A DNA stretch of 57,499 nt from Desulfurococcales archaeon (GCA_015521295.1 WAOL01000065.1:1-57499); one strand, 5' to 3'; shown: positions 1 through 9,234, counted from the stretch's first letter. The notes: a model not told the origin generated them from the sequence alone. Program-made: numbers and translations.

Positions 1-302
1 CTTCGGAGTTCTACGAAGGCCATGATGTCTGCCGGTAACTCAACATACTCAAGCGTAGTGAGTAACACCTTCTCGTGGGGGTTTATGATGAAGGATTCAC
101 CTAACTCAATTTTGTAGAACTTTGAAAGGTCTGCATCAGGATCAGCTGTGTCAAGCACTTCGTCCGTAGAGGCTAGGCGCGCTATTTGGTTCCCAATCCT
201 AAGGTCAACACCATTCTCCCTCACTATAGCGTTGTCAAAGGGTTCTATCACTAATCTTTTGCTCTTAATATAGGCAAGTAAGTCGAAGTCCGACAGTATC
301 AT
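1..302 (-). CDS. dcd: dCTP deaminase (N-terminal part; gene runs off the left edge)
   Basis: Hand translation of the minus strand from ATG 300-302 gives MILSDFDLLAYIKSKRLVIEPFDNAIVRENGVDLRIGNQIA..., like the MILSD.D...SKR..I.PF start of archaeal Dcd. ATGA overlap with the thyX stop. Absent from the ORF track because no stop lies in the window. Confidence 0.75.
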   Translation of the reverse strand, partial: MILSDFDLLAYIKSKRLVIEPFDNAIVRENGVDLRIGNQIARLASTDEVLDTADPDADLSKFYKIELGESFIINPHEKVLLTTLEYVELPADIMAFVELR

Positions 303-937
303 TGTAGGGTCTCCCCGCAGACCTCCTCCACGAGTTCGGGCATTTCCGGTATTACTTTAGAGGCCTCCTCAACCATTCTCTTCACTAGTTCCCTTATTTC
401 CCACTGAGCTTCACTCCCAAGCCTTAGACAAGCTATATGTAAGAGTTCCCTAAGGTTAAGCGTCATGAGTATCCTGGTCTTGACGGCTTGAGGTAAAATG
501 TATCTAGCGTCCTCATACGGGATGCCTGAAGAGATAAGTTCATCGTAGAGGGCGTATGCCTCACTAATGAAATTCCTCACTTTCTTAGAGAGTGGGGACA
601 ACTCTATGGAACTAGGTATGACAGGCCCGTCACTTACCTTGGCGTATCTCTGGGATTCCTGAGTGTACGACGCTATTCTGTGTCTAACTAACTGATGCGA
701 CGTTACCCTAGATATGTCCTCTATGAGGAAAGTGAATACTATGTGTTCCTGAACTGACGGGAACTTAACGGATTGTAAGATCCAGTCCTTCACCTTACTC
801 TCAGGGTACTTCTCAAGGTAGTAGTCGGGATCCTTCTCACTAAGCTTCCCGCTCGAAATCTTGGCTGCCAGAACAATTAATCGCCTAGGGTCCTTCACCT
901 TCCCTCCAGACCAACTTATTAGCTTAACCTTAACCAA
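299..937 (-). CDS. thyX: Flavin-dependent thymidylate synthase ThyX
   Basis: ThyX signature RHRxxSxxQxSQRY is present (VRHRIASYTQESQRY). TTG start. Confidence 0.9.
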   Translation of the reverse strand: MVKVKLISWSGGKVKDPRRLIVLAAKISSGKLSEKDPDYYLEKYPESKVKDWILQSVKFPSVQEHIVFTFLIEDISRVTSHQLVRHRIASYTQESQRYAKVSDGPVIPSSIELSPLSKKVRNFISEAYALYDELISSGIPYEDARYILPQAVKTRILMTLNLRELLHIACLRLGSEAQWEIRELVKRMVEEASKVIPEMPELVEEVCGETLQ

Positions 938-1031
938 TCCTGCCCCTTAGGAGGGCTTCCTCTTCGTAATTTCTTATAAGCAGTGACGGGTATTGAAGGT
1001 ACGTAATTCACTAAACGAGAATACGGGTTAG

Positions 1032-1706
1032 CTACTCCCTGAAAAGTTGTGCGCACGTAGTCTCGTACTCCTTCCTAAGGTCACGCTTAACTACTGTTCC
1101 ACCTGGTTGTTCTTCCCTGAAGGTTACGGCGCTGAACCTAAGTAGCTCGGACTCGGCATCCAACCAACAGTCAGGCGGTAATCCGGCCTTAATGCACGTC
1201 TCGGAGAGGAAGGTCTCCTCATCCCAGCAGTACTCCACGGGAACCTCTGGTAGGAGGAGACCACTGTAGAAGCCTCTCCTTATTATTAACCCGTCCCTAC
1301 CTATAACAAAGCCCTTAACCCTATCCTTGCCTTGAAGCGTCACGACCTCTGGGTTTGAGAGTACGGAGACCTCGAAGACTATGTGCTGAAGCTCATAAGG
1401 CCTTACAGGAGGAAAGCGCGGATCCTCGGTTGCCGCCGCGATCGCGGCGTGAATCACGCTGTCAACCAACGGTTCTGCGGCCTTCACGTAACCTATGCAT
1501 CCACGCAGCTCCCTCTCGCCCGTCGGCATTATCTTTAGAAGGGTTACGAATGCAGCTCCCTTCCTTAGGAGGGCTTCCGGTGTTTCAGGAGGCCTTGAGG
1601 GTACTTTCCAGCTCTTAAGGTAGCTCGACACAGCGTCCCTAGCAAGCCTTACGAGGAACGCGCCCTCCTCTAGACTAAGCTCCTCCGGGTTTATGACTCC
1701 TTCCAT
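1032..1706 (-). CDS. AMMECR1-domain protein
   Basis: GAAFVTL...LRGCIGY and DPRFPPV motifs typical of the AMMECR1 family. Confidence 0.85.
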   Translation of the reverse strand: MEGVINPEELSLEEGAFLVRLARDAVSSYLKSWKVPSRPPETPEALLRKGAAFVTLLKIMPTGERELRGCIGYVKAAEPLVDSVIHAAIAAATEDPRFPPVRPYELQHIVFEVSVLSNPEVVTLQGKDRVKGFVIGRDGLIIRRGFYSGLLLPEVPVEYCWDEETFLSETCIKAGLPPDCWLDAESELLRFSAVTFREEQPGGTVVKRDLRKEYETTCAQLFRE

Positions 1707-2217
1707 CTTTCCTCACCCTCAGCTCTAGGAGTTTCCTGTTTGCTTTCTCTAAGACAGCGCTTATTGTTTTCCAGTGATTCCCCTGCCAGTAAACCCGCCT
1801 ACACCTTGGGCATAGCCAGAACTTATCATACTTTACGGCTACTTCCGGCTTCACCAAGGAGAGTGCTTCAGCCTTACTGATACTTACGAGCTTAACATTG
1901 CAGTGAGGGCACCTCGTTCTGGAGGCGCTGAATTCTAGGTCAATGCCTGACCGGAACGCTATCTCGGCAAGTATGTCCTCTATGGGTGCGTGCTCCACAA
2001 GTATCGCGTCAAGCTTCTTCCTGCGCGCTCTCCTGAAGAGACCTACGTCCCTCGTCAGTATTATCCGACCGTCCTTCTGAGCGATACGCAGGATTTCCCA
2101 GTCCTCGTAGTTGCGGGAATAAAGGGTATCGTACCCAAGTAGTCTAAGCCACCTAGCTACGTCGCCCAGCATTGAGTCACATATGAATCGCATGCCGCAA
2201 CATCGTATTGAGTACAT
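1675..2217 (-). CDS. Mut7-C / DUF82 PIN-like RNase with C-terminal zinc ribbon
   Basis: FICDSMLGDVARWLRLLGYDT, then CPHCN...CPRCRRVYWQGNHW. The true start is possibly M9 (2193). Confidence 0.7.
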   Translation of the reverse strand: MYSIRCCGMRFICDSMLGDVARWLRLLGYDTLYSRNYEDWEILRIAQKDGRIILTRDVGLFRRARRKKLDAILVEHAPIEDILAEIAFRSGIDLEFSASRTRCPHCNVKLVSISKAEALSLVKPEVAVKYDKFWLCPRCRRVYWQGNHWKTISAVLEKANRKLLELRVRKDGRSHKPGGA

Positions 2218-2288
2218 GATTTAAAAGTAAATATTTGTAGCGGCAGAAGCTTATAAAGGCGCTCCAAATTAGTTGTGGGGTATAGGCG

Positions 2289-2591
2289 ATGAGTCAGGAG
2301 GAAATGAAGGTACTGGAACTAGGGGTAGGTATTGTATTAGGTTACCGTAGAGGTAGCAACACACAGTACCCTAGGCAGGTACTCATCAAGGTTATTGAGA
2401 GCATAAAGAAGCGCGTAGACAACCTAGTAGGCGCCAAGGTCCTAGTTAAGGATAAGTACGGTAACAAGTATATCGGCAAGATAATTAAGGTGCATGCACG
2501 CGGGAAGAACAACGTCGTCATAGCAGTGTTCAGGAGGAACCTGCCTGGGCAGACAATCGGGGCTGAGGCACTAATATACTATACAAGGTAA
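2289..2591 (+). CDS. rpl35ae: Ribosomal protein eL33 (L35Ae)
   Basis: GYRRGSNTQYPRQVLIKV...KVHARGKNNVVIAVFRRNLPGQ. TATA-like CTTATAAAGG lies upstream. Confidence 0.85.
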   Translation: MSQEEMKVLELGVGIVLGYRRGSNTQYPRQVLIKVIESIKKRVDNLVGAKVLVKDKYGNKYIGKIIKVHARGKNNVVIAVFRRNLPGQTIGAEALIYYTR

Positions 2592-2631
2592 AGGGAACTT
2601 GAGCATTATCATCCAATTAAATCTCCCCCGT

Positions 2632-4443
2632 TCAGGTCTTCTCCTCAAGCTTCTTTAACTGGCGCTTGTACATTTCGAGAATCTCCTTAGTAGTGGTCGC
2701 TTCCTCAGGTCCCTTATCCGTTCTCCATCTTATGAATCTGGGGAAGCGTATTGAGATACCTACCCCCTTCCTTACAGCATCGCGGCAGCACGTGTGTATT
2801 GGTGATAATGTCAGCTCAGCACCTATGATTTCAGCCACGAAGTTAGGTACGAGCCACACATCAGGCTTCATTATTGACTCGACCCGCGGGTGTTTATGGG
2901 GTATTATGTAGTCCTTGAACATGTTAGTCATTTCCTCTAAGTCAGCGTCGGTGAAGCCGGTGCCGACCTTGCATACAGTTACGAACTTGTCGCGGTCAGG
3001 ATCGTATGCGGCCAGCAGTAATGTACCGTACTTACCTGCGCGCTTCCCCTTCCCAGCGAAGGCACCGACCACAACTAGGTCGACGGTATCTGTCATTTCG
3101 CTCTTGTAGTCACGCTTGTACTTTATCCATAGCCATCCACGCGACCCTGCTTGGTAAATGGCATTGCCGTGTATTGCCTTAACCATTACGCCCTCCGCAC
3201 CGTCCTCTATTGCTTTAAGGAAGAACTTCTCCAGCTCATCTACGTCATCAGTTACTATATGTTGGGCGATCCTGAATCGCTCGCCCTCATCAATTATGTT
3301 CGCTAGCACCTTCCTGCGTTCCAGTATTGATTTCAGTGTTAGGTCCTCACCTTCATTGTAGAGGGCGTCGAAGAGATACACAGCTACGGGATACTCACGC
3401 ACCGCCTCATGGATGTCATGCTTTCTCTTTCTGTGCATTAGCTCTTGGAAGGGCCGCATCTCACCCGTTTCAGGGTCTATGGCGACGATCTCGCCCTCGA
3501 TTATCGCCTCATTGCTCTTCACTCTCTCCTTAACCATCTCAACCACGTCTGGGTACTGGTGTGTTATGTTCTCTAACCTCCTCGAGAATATGATTACTGT
3601 GTCCCCCTTCTTGTGGATCTGCCCTCTCTCACCATCGTACTTATACTCAACTAGGGCCTTGCCGCCAACCTTGCTGAGGATCTCGTGCGGGTCGTTCAAA
3701 CGTTCAGCTAGCATGGGCCTTATCGGGATCCCGACCTCGGGCTTGATGTTCTTTAACGCGTCCACGCCCTTCTCCGCCAGTAGCTTCGCTATACCGCCTA
3801 AGTCCGCCCTTATGTTATAGGCACGCTCTATTACTGGCCTAAGAGCTTGGTTACCGGCGTACGCTATTGCTAAGGCATCCATTACTGTTGCATCCCCTAC
3901 ACCCAGTCTGAGCCTACCCTCAATCAACCTAACTAAGTACCTCGCCTCAAGCGGGTCAGCATCAGCGATTAAGCCAGCGATGAGGTTTATCTTAACATCC
4001 CGGCTCCCCTCGCCAGTGGCTAGAGCTACCCTAGTGAGCGTCTCGTAAACCTTCTCTACAGTTAATTCCTTCTTCGGTTGAGTTACGCCAAGGAACTTCG
4101 CTAACCCAACACCGCCTGCGCTAGCGGCTCTCCTCTTGAGTTCCTCCGCGACCTTACCTAGGTCTCCAAGTCTCTTGTACAGATTCTCTACTTCACTTTC
4201 ACGCGAGTGGGTCGCCTTAGCTATTGCCTTGATTAAGAACTTCTCACCCACACCTAGTTCTGGGAGCCCCTTCCAGTCGGGCCAGAGCTTACCCTGGATC
4301 AGGTAAATGACTTTGTCTATTACGTCCGGAGGCGTGTTACGGAATAAATCCACTAGGATCATGGTCATTTGAGTCCGGCTCGTTATTAACTCAAGCTTCC
4401 TGAAAGCCTCAACAAGTATCTTTAGATTCAATTCCTCACCCAT
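2632..4443 (-). CDS. lig: ATP-dependent DNA ligase
   Basis: 603 aa. Adenylation motif [12 protein letters not shown] (KxDG), plus later motifs EGVMVK and LWIKYK. Confidence 0.95.
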   Translation of the reverse strand: MGEELNLKILVEAFRKLELITSRTQMTMILVDLFRNTPPDVIDKVIYLIQGKLWPDWKGLPELGVGEKFLIKAIAKATHSRESEVENLYKRLGDLGKVAEELKRRAASAGGVGLAKFLGVTQPKKELTVEKVYETLTRVALATGEGSRDVKINLIAGLIADADPLEARYLVRLIEGRLRLGVGDATVMDALAIAYAGNQALRPVIERAYNIRADLGGIAKLLAEKGVDALKNIKPEVGIPIRPMLAERLNDPHEILSKVGGKALVEYKYDGERGQIHKKGDTVIIFSRRLENITHQYPDVVEMVKERVKSNEAIIEGEIVAIDPETGEMRPFQELMHRKRKHDIHEAVREYPVAVYLFDALYNEGEDLTLKSILERRKVLANIIDEGERFRIAQHIVTDDVDELEKFFLKAIEDGAEGVMVKAIHGNAIYQAGSRGWLWIKYKRDYKSEMTDTVDLVVVGAFAGKGKRAGKYGTLLLAAYDPDRDKFVTVCKVGTGFTDADLEEMTNMFKDYIIPHKHPRVESIMKPDVWLVPNFVAEIIGAELTLSPIHTCCRDAVRKGVGISIRFPRFIRWRTDKGPEEATTTKEILEMYKRQLKKLEEKT

Positions 4444-4833
4444 TAAGGAGGTATGTTTGAGAGTACTTAAAACCGGTTTAGGGAATGGAGGTAGGTTTAA
4501 TTCTCCGGACGCAATGTACTTAACGCCGATGACGAGAACCCGGCAAGAAGGTTACTGATGCCTGGTCAGTGTTACGCTGAGGTTCAAGGGCTGAGTCAAG
4601 TGTTTGGTGCAGTTTCTATTTCGTAGGTCTTTTAAAGGTCTTTGAAGGCTTCTTCTGAGGGTTATGTGGTGTGCTTATAAGTTGTTTTTCCTTAAACCTA
4701 TTGGTGACCCTTAGTTCCCGTTACTCGCTCCTCGGTCGGGCGGGGAGGGGCTAGGGGAAACCGTAATGGGCCAGCCTACGGAAACCTAAAAGACCGTAAG
4801 CGGGAACGGTTAAGGCGATCATGTAGTTTCTGA

Positions 4834-5295
4834 TTAGTGCTTGCCTCCGTGTAGTTCCTCCCACACGTACTCTAGTGCGAGTTCTAATTCCCTGTAGAAA
4901 CTGCGTTTAGGTACGCCCTTGATCTCTATGCTAGTTATGAAACCTCGCCTTTCATTCACCTCGTATGCCCTTATCTCGCCTTTCCGTTCTTTATCCTGTA
5001 GTAACTTGATTAAGAACGACTTAACGACAGGGTTGCTTGAAGGAATGGTCTCTGTAAACACTATCTTTACCCCGTCACCTGACTCAACAATGTCTGCCAC
5101 GACGTTACCGCCTACTGAAATGACCTTCACGGACGTAGGGCGGCTTCCGCGGGTGTGTTTGCGCTCCTCTGCCTCACTACTTCCCCCTTTAACTATGCGG
5201 AGAAGGGCTTCAAGTATCGTTAGCTCCCTACGTAGCTCCTCTATGCGTTTAGTTATGTATGATATAACTTCATCTCTTTCGGCTTCTTCAGACAC
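4834..5295 (-). CDS. Hypothetical protein (N-terminal coiled coil plus beta-rich domain)
   Basis: 153-aa ORF with a GTG start and no recognisable motif. Lies between lig and udg on the same strand. Confidence 0.5.
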   Translation of the reverse strand: MSEEAERDEVISYITKRIEELRRELTILEALLRIVKGGSSEAEERKHTRGSRPTSVKVISVGGNVVADIVESGDGVKIVFTETIPSSNPVVKSFLIKLLQDKERKGEIRAYEVNERRGFITSIEIKGVPKRSFYRELELALEYVWEELHGGKH

Positions 5296-5348
5296 CTGCG
5301 GTCTACCCCCTAATCATGTCATAATGTTACTAAGTGGTTCATTACTGT

Positions 5349-6020
5349 TTACTTCTTAAGAAAATCCAGTAATGACCTAGGCTTACCCTTTGCAGTGCCT
5401 CCCTCGACCCTAGTGAGGTTCTTCCGCGCTTCTGCTATTAGGCTAAAGTCCTTCTCCAGTGCTGGCCTTACCTTCGGGTTATACAGCGCGGCTGCCGGGT
5501 GGTATGTGGGGATAACCAGTACCTTCCCTATATCCTTTAACTCAAGTTCGTAGATCCTTCCTCGCATTCGTGATACGCCCCACCACCCGCGTCCCCCTAA
5601 CATTGAGAACACGTACCTGCCTGAGTGATTACCGAGGGTGATAATTATCTTAGGTTTAACTAGCTCTATTATTGCTTGAGTATGAATGGAGCACGCCTTA
5701 ATTTCCTCTTCCTTAGGGTCACGGTTATTGGGGGGTCTACACTTAACCACGTTAGTGATGAATACCTCTTCGCGCTTGAGACCTATGCTTTTCAGAAGAG
5801 TCTCCAGGAGCTTACCGGCCTGCCCTACAAAGGGGCGGCCGCTTAAGTCTTCCTGCCGTCCTGGTGCCTCGCCTATGAATAATACGTCGGCGTTTAGGTT
5901 CCCTTCACCAGGTACTGGCTTAGTGCGTGACTTGTGCAGTACGCATTTACTGCAATTCCGTATGGATTCTACAATGGTGCTCCATAGAGTTTCCTTGTCC
6001 TGCGTACTACCCCCAGTTAT
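5349..6020 (-). CDS. udg: Family-4 (4Fe-4S) uracil-DNA glycosylase; start codon unresolved
   Basis: The ORF track gives only 5349..5750. Hand translation upstream in frame gives CSKCVLHKSR...LFIGEAPGRQEDLSGRPFVGQAGKLL...VFITNVVKCRPPNNR, the hallmarks of family-4 UDG. There is no in-frame ATG/GTG/TTG above 5750. Confidence 0.75.
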   Translation of the reverse strand: MTGGSTQDKETLWSTIVESIRNCSKCVLHKSRTKPVPGEGNLNADVLFIGEAPGRQEDLSGRPFVGQAGKLLETLLKSIGLKREEVFITNVVKCRPPNNRDPKEEEIKACSIHTQAIIELVKPKIIITLGNHSGRYVFSMLGGRGWWGVSRMRGRIYELELKDIGKVLVIPTYHPAAALYNPKVRPALEKDFSLIAEARKNLTRVEGGTAKGKPRSLLDFLKK

Positions 6021-6070
6021 CCTTATCGTTGTATGGAGTAAAAATAACTGCTGAAGTCCAGCCCTAAACC

Positions 6071-6397
6071 TTACTTGGCCTTGGAGGCTGGAACAGCTAT
6101 TATCAAGGCCCTACTTTTATCGATCACCTTAACAACACCGTTCTCCGCTAGTAACCTTAGGACACGCCTAGCGAGGGATAACTTGATGTTTAACGTGGTT
6201 GCGAGCGTGTAAGGCGTGATTAGATCCATGCTTTCTACGGCTTTACTTGCTCTCCGAATTAATGATTCACTCAAATCATGGTAGGCTATGTAGCGCTCCT
6301 CTTTCTTCTTCTTAGCTGGTTGAGGTACTGCCTTTCTCCTTTTGTCTCTTGCTGATATTGGTTTCTTGGGTTTACCACCACCCACTTCCTTCACCAA
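6071..6397 (-). CDS. rps25e: Ribosomal protein eS25
   Basis: Lys-rich N-terminus followed by a winged-helix-like LITPYTLATTLNIKLSLARRVLRLLAENG. Confidence 0.75.
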   Translation of the reverse strand: MVKEVGGGKPKKPISARDKRRKAVPQPAKKKKEERYIAYHDLSESLIRRASKAVESMDLITPYTLATTLNIKLSLARRVLRLLAENGVVKVIDKSRALIIAVPASKAK

Positions 6398-6470
6398 GGC
6401 TTGGGTTATGGTTAAGCTATTAAGGTTTATCGGTCACGCGTCTCCGTTCTTTTAAGCTTATGCGTCCCGA

Positions 6471-6704
6471 GTGAATGTACGGTGTGTAACTGTGAGGCTG
6501 GTTACTGTGAAGATACCTGAACTATATCTTGAGGGTATAGATGAGCTGGTTAGACATGGGAGATACTCAAGTAGGTCTGAGGTCATAAGGACAGCGATTA
6601 GGGACCTTCTTCGGCGGGAGTTGTGGATGCCGGAAAGTGAGGCGTTCTATCGACCAAAGGCAGAATACGTGCATGGAGTGAAGCACATTTCCTTAACTCC
6701 CTGA
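6471..6704 (+). CDS. Ribbon-helix-helix (CopG/Arc) DNA-binding protein
   Basis: [37 protein letters not shown] is a classic RHH pattern. Confidence 0.7.
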   Translation: MNVRCVTVRLVTVKIPELYLEGIDELVRHGRYSSRSEVIRTAIRDLLRRELWMPESEAFYRPKAEYVHGVKHISLTP

Positions 6705-6855
6705 CATCCTTCATTCCTTACTTCCTCTCTCACCGCAATTATTTAACGATTTAAAGGTAAGGTAATAGTGGCTATGAGGAGGGCTGGTATTTCTGACCGG
6801 TGAGGAGAGGCACCAGAACCGAGCCATTCGGGAAGGTGATTACGTACTGCTTTAT

Positions 6856-7608
6856 GTGGATGAAAGGCGCTCGAAGATATTCAGAGTAAGGAAGGGAGAT
6901 ACTGTAGGGACGGACAAAGGCATCTTACATGTTGATGATGTGATAGGGAAGGAGTGGGGTAGCGAGGTAAGACTATCGACAGGAGCTAAGGCCTACCTCC
7001 TAAAGCCGACGCCCGTGGACTTCACCATGAGGGGCTTCAGGAGAGTCACGCAGGTAATCTATCCTAAGGACTCTTCACTCATGGTGACGCTCTCCGGCAT
7101 AAGGTACGGTAGTCGTGTGCTAGAGTCAGGTATCGGCACAGGTTTCCTGACAGCCATACTTGCCCATGTCGTAGGTGATGCAGGACATGTTTACGCGTAT
7201 GAAATCCGCGAGGAGTTCGCTAGGGTCGCACTAAGGAACCTTAGCATGATGGGATTGGCCGATAGAGTTACTGTGAAGGTAAGGGACGTTAAGCAAGGTA
7301 TTGATGAGGAGGGGCTTGACGCGGCGTTTCTGGACTTACCGGATCCTTGGGAAGTGTTGAAGTTATTGCCTGGCTCCCTTAAACCGTCCTCACCCGTGCT
7401 GGTGTTCGTGCCTTCAGTTAATCAAGTAATAAAGACTCTGGCATGGCTGAAGAAAGGGCCGTATGTGGATGTGAGGGTTTACGAGAACATACTTAGGGAG
7501 TACCAGCCCGTGCCTGAAGCGTTGAGACCGCAGACGATTTCAGTTACGCATACGGGTTACATAATATTTGCTCGCCTAATCCGTAAGACTGAGGACTTAC
7601 CTACGTGA
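6856..7608 (+). CDS. trmI: tRNA (adenine-N1)-methyltransferase TrmI/Gcd14 family
   Basis: SAM motif VLESGIGTGFLT and LDLPDPW. The conserved N-terminal IREGDYVLL lies in frame upstream of the first canonical start (GTG 6856). Confidence 0.85.
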   Translation: MDERRSKIFRVRKGDTVGTDKGILHVDDVIGKEWGSEVRLSTGAKAYLLKPTPVDFTMRGFRRVTQVIYPKDSSLMVTLSGIRYGSRVLESGIGTGFLTAILAHVVGDAGHVYAYEIREEFARVALRNLSMMGLADRVTVKVRDVKQGIDEEGLDAAFLDLPDPWEVLKLLPGSLKPSSPVLVFVPSVNQVIKTLAWLKKGPYVDVRVYENILREYQPVPEALRPQTISVTHTGYIIFARLIRKTEDLPT

Positions 7609-7652
7609 AAACGCTTTTATGTAGCGCCAAGTAAAGCTTTGCGGGATCCCGT

Positions 7653-8876
7653 GTGGGCAGAGGGGTAGGCATCAGGACCGTGGGGCTGGACCTACTCTTC
7701 ATGGGCGTTAACTTCAGCGCATTAACACTGTTCAGCACCTTAAAGGACTTCTTCGCAAGCGAGTACGGCATGACCCCGACCCAGCTTCAGTGGGCCGCGG
7801 CCGCCTACTCGATAGGGATCTTCGCGGCATTCTTCATAGGGCACTCGAAGTACGTGGAGGAGCACCCCAAAGCGACCGTGCTAGCGGCGGCGATTCTAGC
7901 GGCTATCCCTCAATTCTTGATACCGGTTTCCGGTTCTCCAGCAGCGGTTATAGCGTTACGTTTCCTGCAAGGCTTAGTGATGATGGCGGTACCCATATTC
8001 TCCTCCCAGGTAGGCACGTTATTCTCGCATGCTAGGCCCCTAGCACTCGGCATAATACTGTCCGGGATATTCATAGGGGGCTTTGTAGGGAGCAACGTCG
8101 GCTGGCAACTGGCTGTGGCGTACGGCTGGAGAACAGCCTACATGGTCTTCGGCCTAGCGATGCTGATCGTCGCTCTAATATGGATAGGCTTGACCTCACC
8201 GGAAACGTTGCCTAGACATGCACATAAAGTCGAGGTAAGTAGCGCGTCCAGGGGAAGCGTTTGGAGGAAACCATTTACCATAGTGTGGGGCTTCACGTTC
8301 TTCCCCTCAATATGGATAATATTCACGTTAGCCCCGCTCATAGCCTTCATAGTTACGGCATCCTTCGGTACGGAGCTAGCTAGGACCTCGTCCGAGACCC
8401 TCGAAGCCTCATACATGTTCTGGTCAATAACCGTAGGTGCCGTAGCATACCTAGTGTCGAGGAGAGGAAGCGGGAACCCACGTCAACTCTTCAAGTCGTT
8501 TGCCTACGTGCAGGCAGCATGCTTTGTATTCGCATTAATAGGGGCTCTTAGTGCGTATGCGGCGAGCATGTCCGGTAGCGCAGTAGCGTTGCTCGCCTCC
8601 CTTTTCATACTAGCGGTAATTCAAGGTACAGCACCGACGTTCTGGTCAATACCCTCGACAGCCTACCCTAGAGAGGAAGTAACTAGGGCAGGCTACGCTT
8701 TAGGGCTGATATCAAACTCTGCAGCAATGATAGGCCCCGTAGCGTCGATACTAGTGGCCTCACTATCCACGAGCATGTGGTTGCTGACGTCGTTCCTGTC
8801 GCTTATGGGGTTAGTGTTGACCCTTGCCGCGTTGAAGCTAAAATTACCTGTAGAGGAAGTGGGAGAGAATACCTAA
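7653..8876 (+). CDS. MFS-type transporter
   Basis: 407 aa with about 12 hydrophobic segments in a two-halves arrangement. Confidence 0.7.
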   Translation: MGRGVGIRTVGLDLLFMGVNFSALTLFSTLKDFFASEYGMTPTQLQWAAAAYSIGIFAAFFIGHSKYVEEHPKATVLAAAILAAIPQFLIPVSGSPAAVIALRFLQGLVMMAVPIFSSQVGTLFSHARPLALGIILSGIFIGGFVGSNVGWQLAVAYGWRTAYMVFGLAMLIVALIWIGLTSPETLPRHAHKVEVSSASRGSVWRKPFTIVWGFTFFPSIWIIFTLAPLIAFIVTASFGTELARTSSETLEASYMFWSITVGAVAYLVSRRGSGNPRQLFKSFAYVQAACFVFALIGALSAYAASMSGSAVALLASLFILAVIQGTAPTFWSIPSTAYPREEVTRAGYALGLISNSAAMIGPVASILVASLSTSMWLLTSFLSLMGLVLTLAALKLKLPVEEVGENT

Positions 8877-8889
8877 TCTCTGATTCTCT

Positions 8890-9234
8890 TTATTTTTCCG
8901 GTTCCTTAGTGCTCCCCTTAACCCACTCAAGGTATTCTGGATTACCTAATGAGACACCCAATGCTAGGATCTCAGGCACACTGTATGGGTGTATTTCCTT
9001 GACATAATCCATCAGCTCTTGGAGTAAGTCCTGCCTCGTTTTACATATGAGTAGTGCTTCATCGTCTTCAACTACTTTACCTTCCCACCAATACAGTGAC
9101 TTTATGTCCCTGACTATGTTGACGCACGCAACTAGCTTGCGCTCAACTAGCTTCCTAGCAATGTCGTCTGCACTACGGGGTGGCACCGTAATGAGTACTA
9201 CGGCGTACTTACCCTTCTCTTCTGTATCTCTCAT
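8890..9234 (-). CDS. cutA: CutA divalent-cation tolerance protein
   Basis: KLVACVNIV...SLYWWEGKV.EDDEALLICKT...IHPYSVPEI. Confidence 0.85.
   Translation of the reverse strand: MRDTEEKGKYAVVLITVPPRSADDIARKLVERKLVACVNIVRDIKSLYWWEGKVVEDDEALLICKTRQDLLQELMDYVKEIHPYSVPEILALGVSLGNPEYLEWVKGSTKEPEK

Noticed and set aside
2666-3820. Series of + strand ORFs (64-135 aa) inside the DNA ligase gene
   Set aside because: They are antisense to a motif-rich, well-supported 603-aa gene. Their translations are low-complexity and Ser/Leu/Pro-rich, as is typical of antisense frames in this codon usage.
4524-4584. C/D-box-like string (GATGACGA ... CTGA ... CTGA) downstream of a GGTTTAATTC box
   Set aside because: The C box deviates, the first spacer is 19 nt instead of about 12, and there is no clear C' box. 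This is too irregular to call.
4709-4815. Idea that the structured element is a minimal (type T) RNase P RNA, SRP RNA or H/ACA sRNA
   Set aside because: I could not find the GGAAAGUCC-type CR-I or ACNGAA..GGCUUA-type CR-V strings. It is too short for SRP RNA. There is no ACA or AUA box at an appropriate 3' position.
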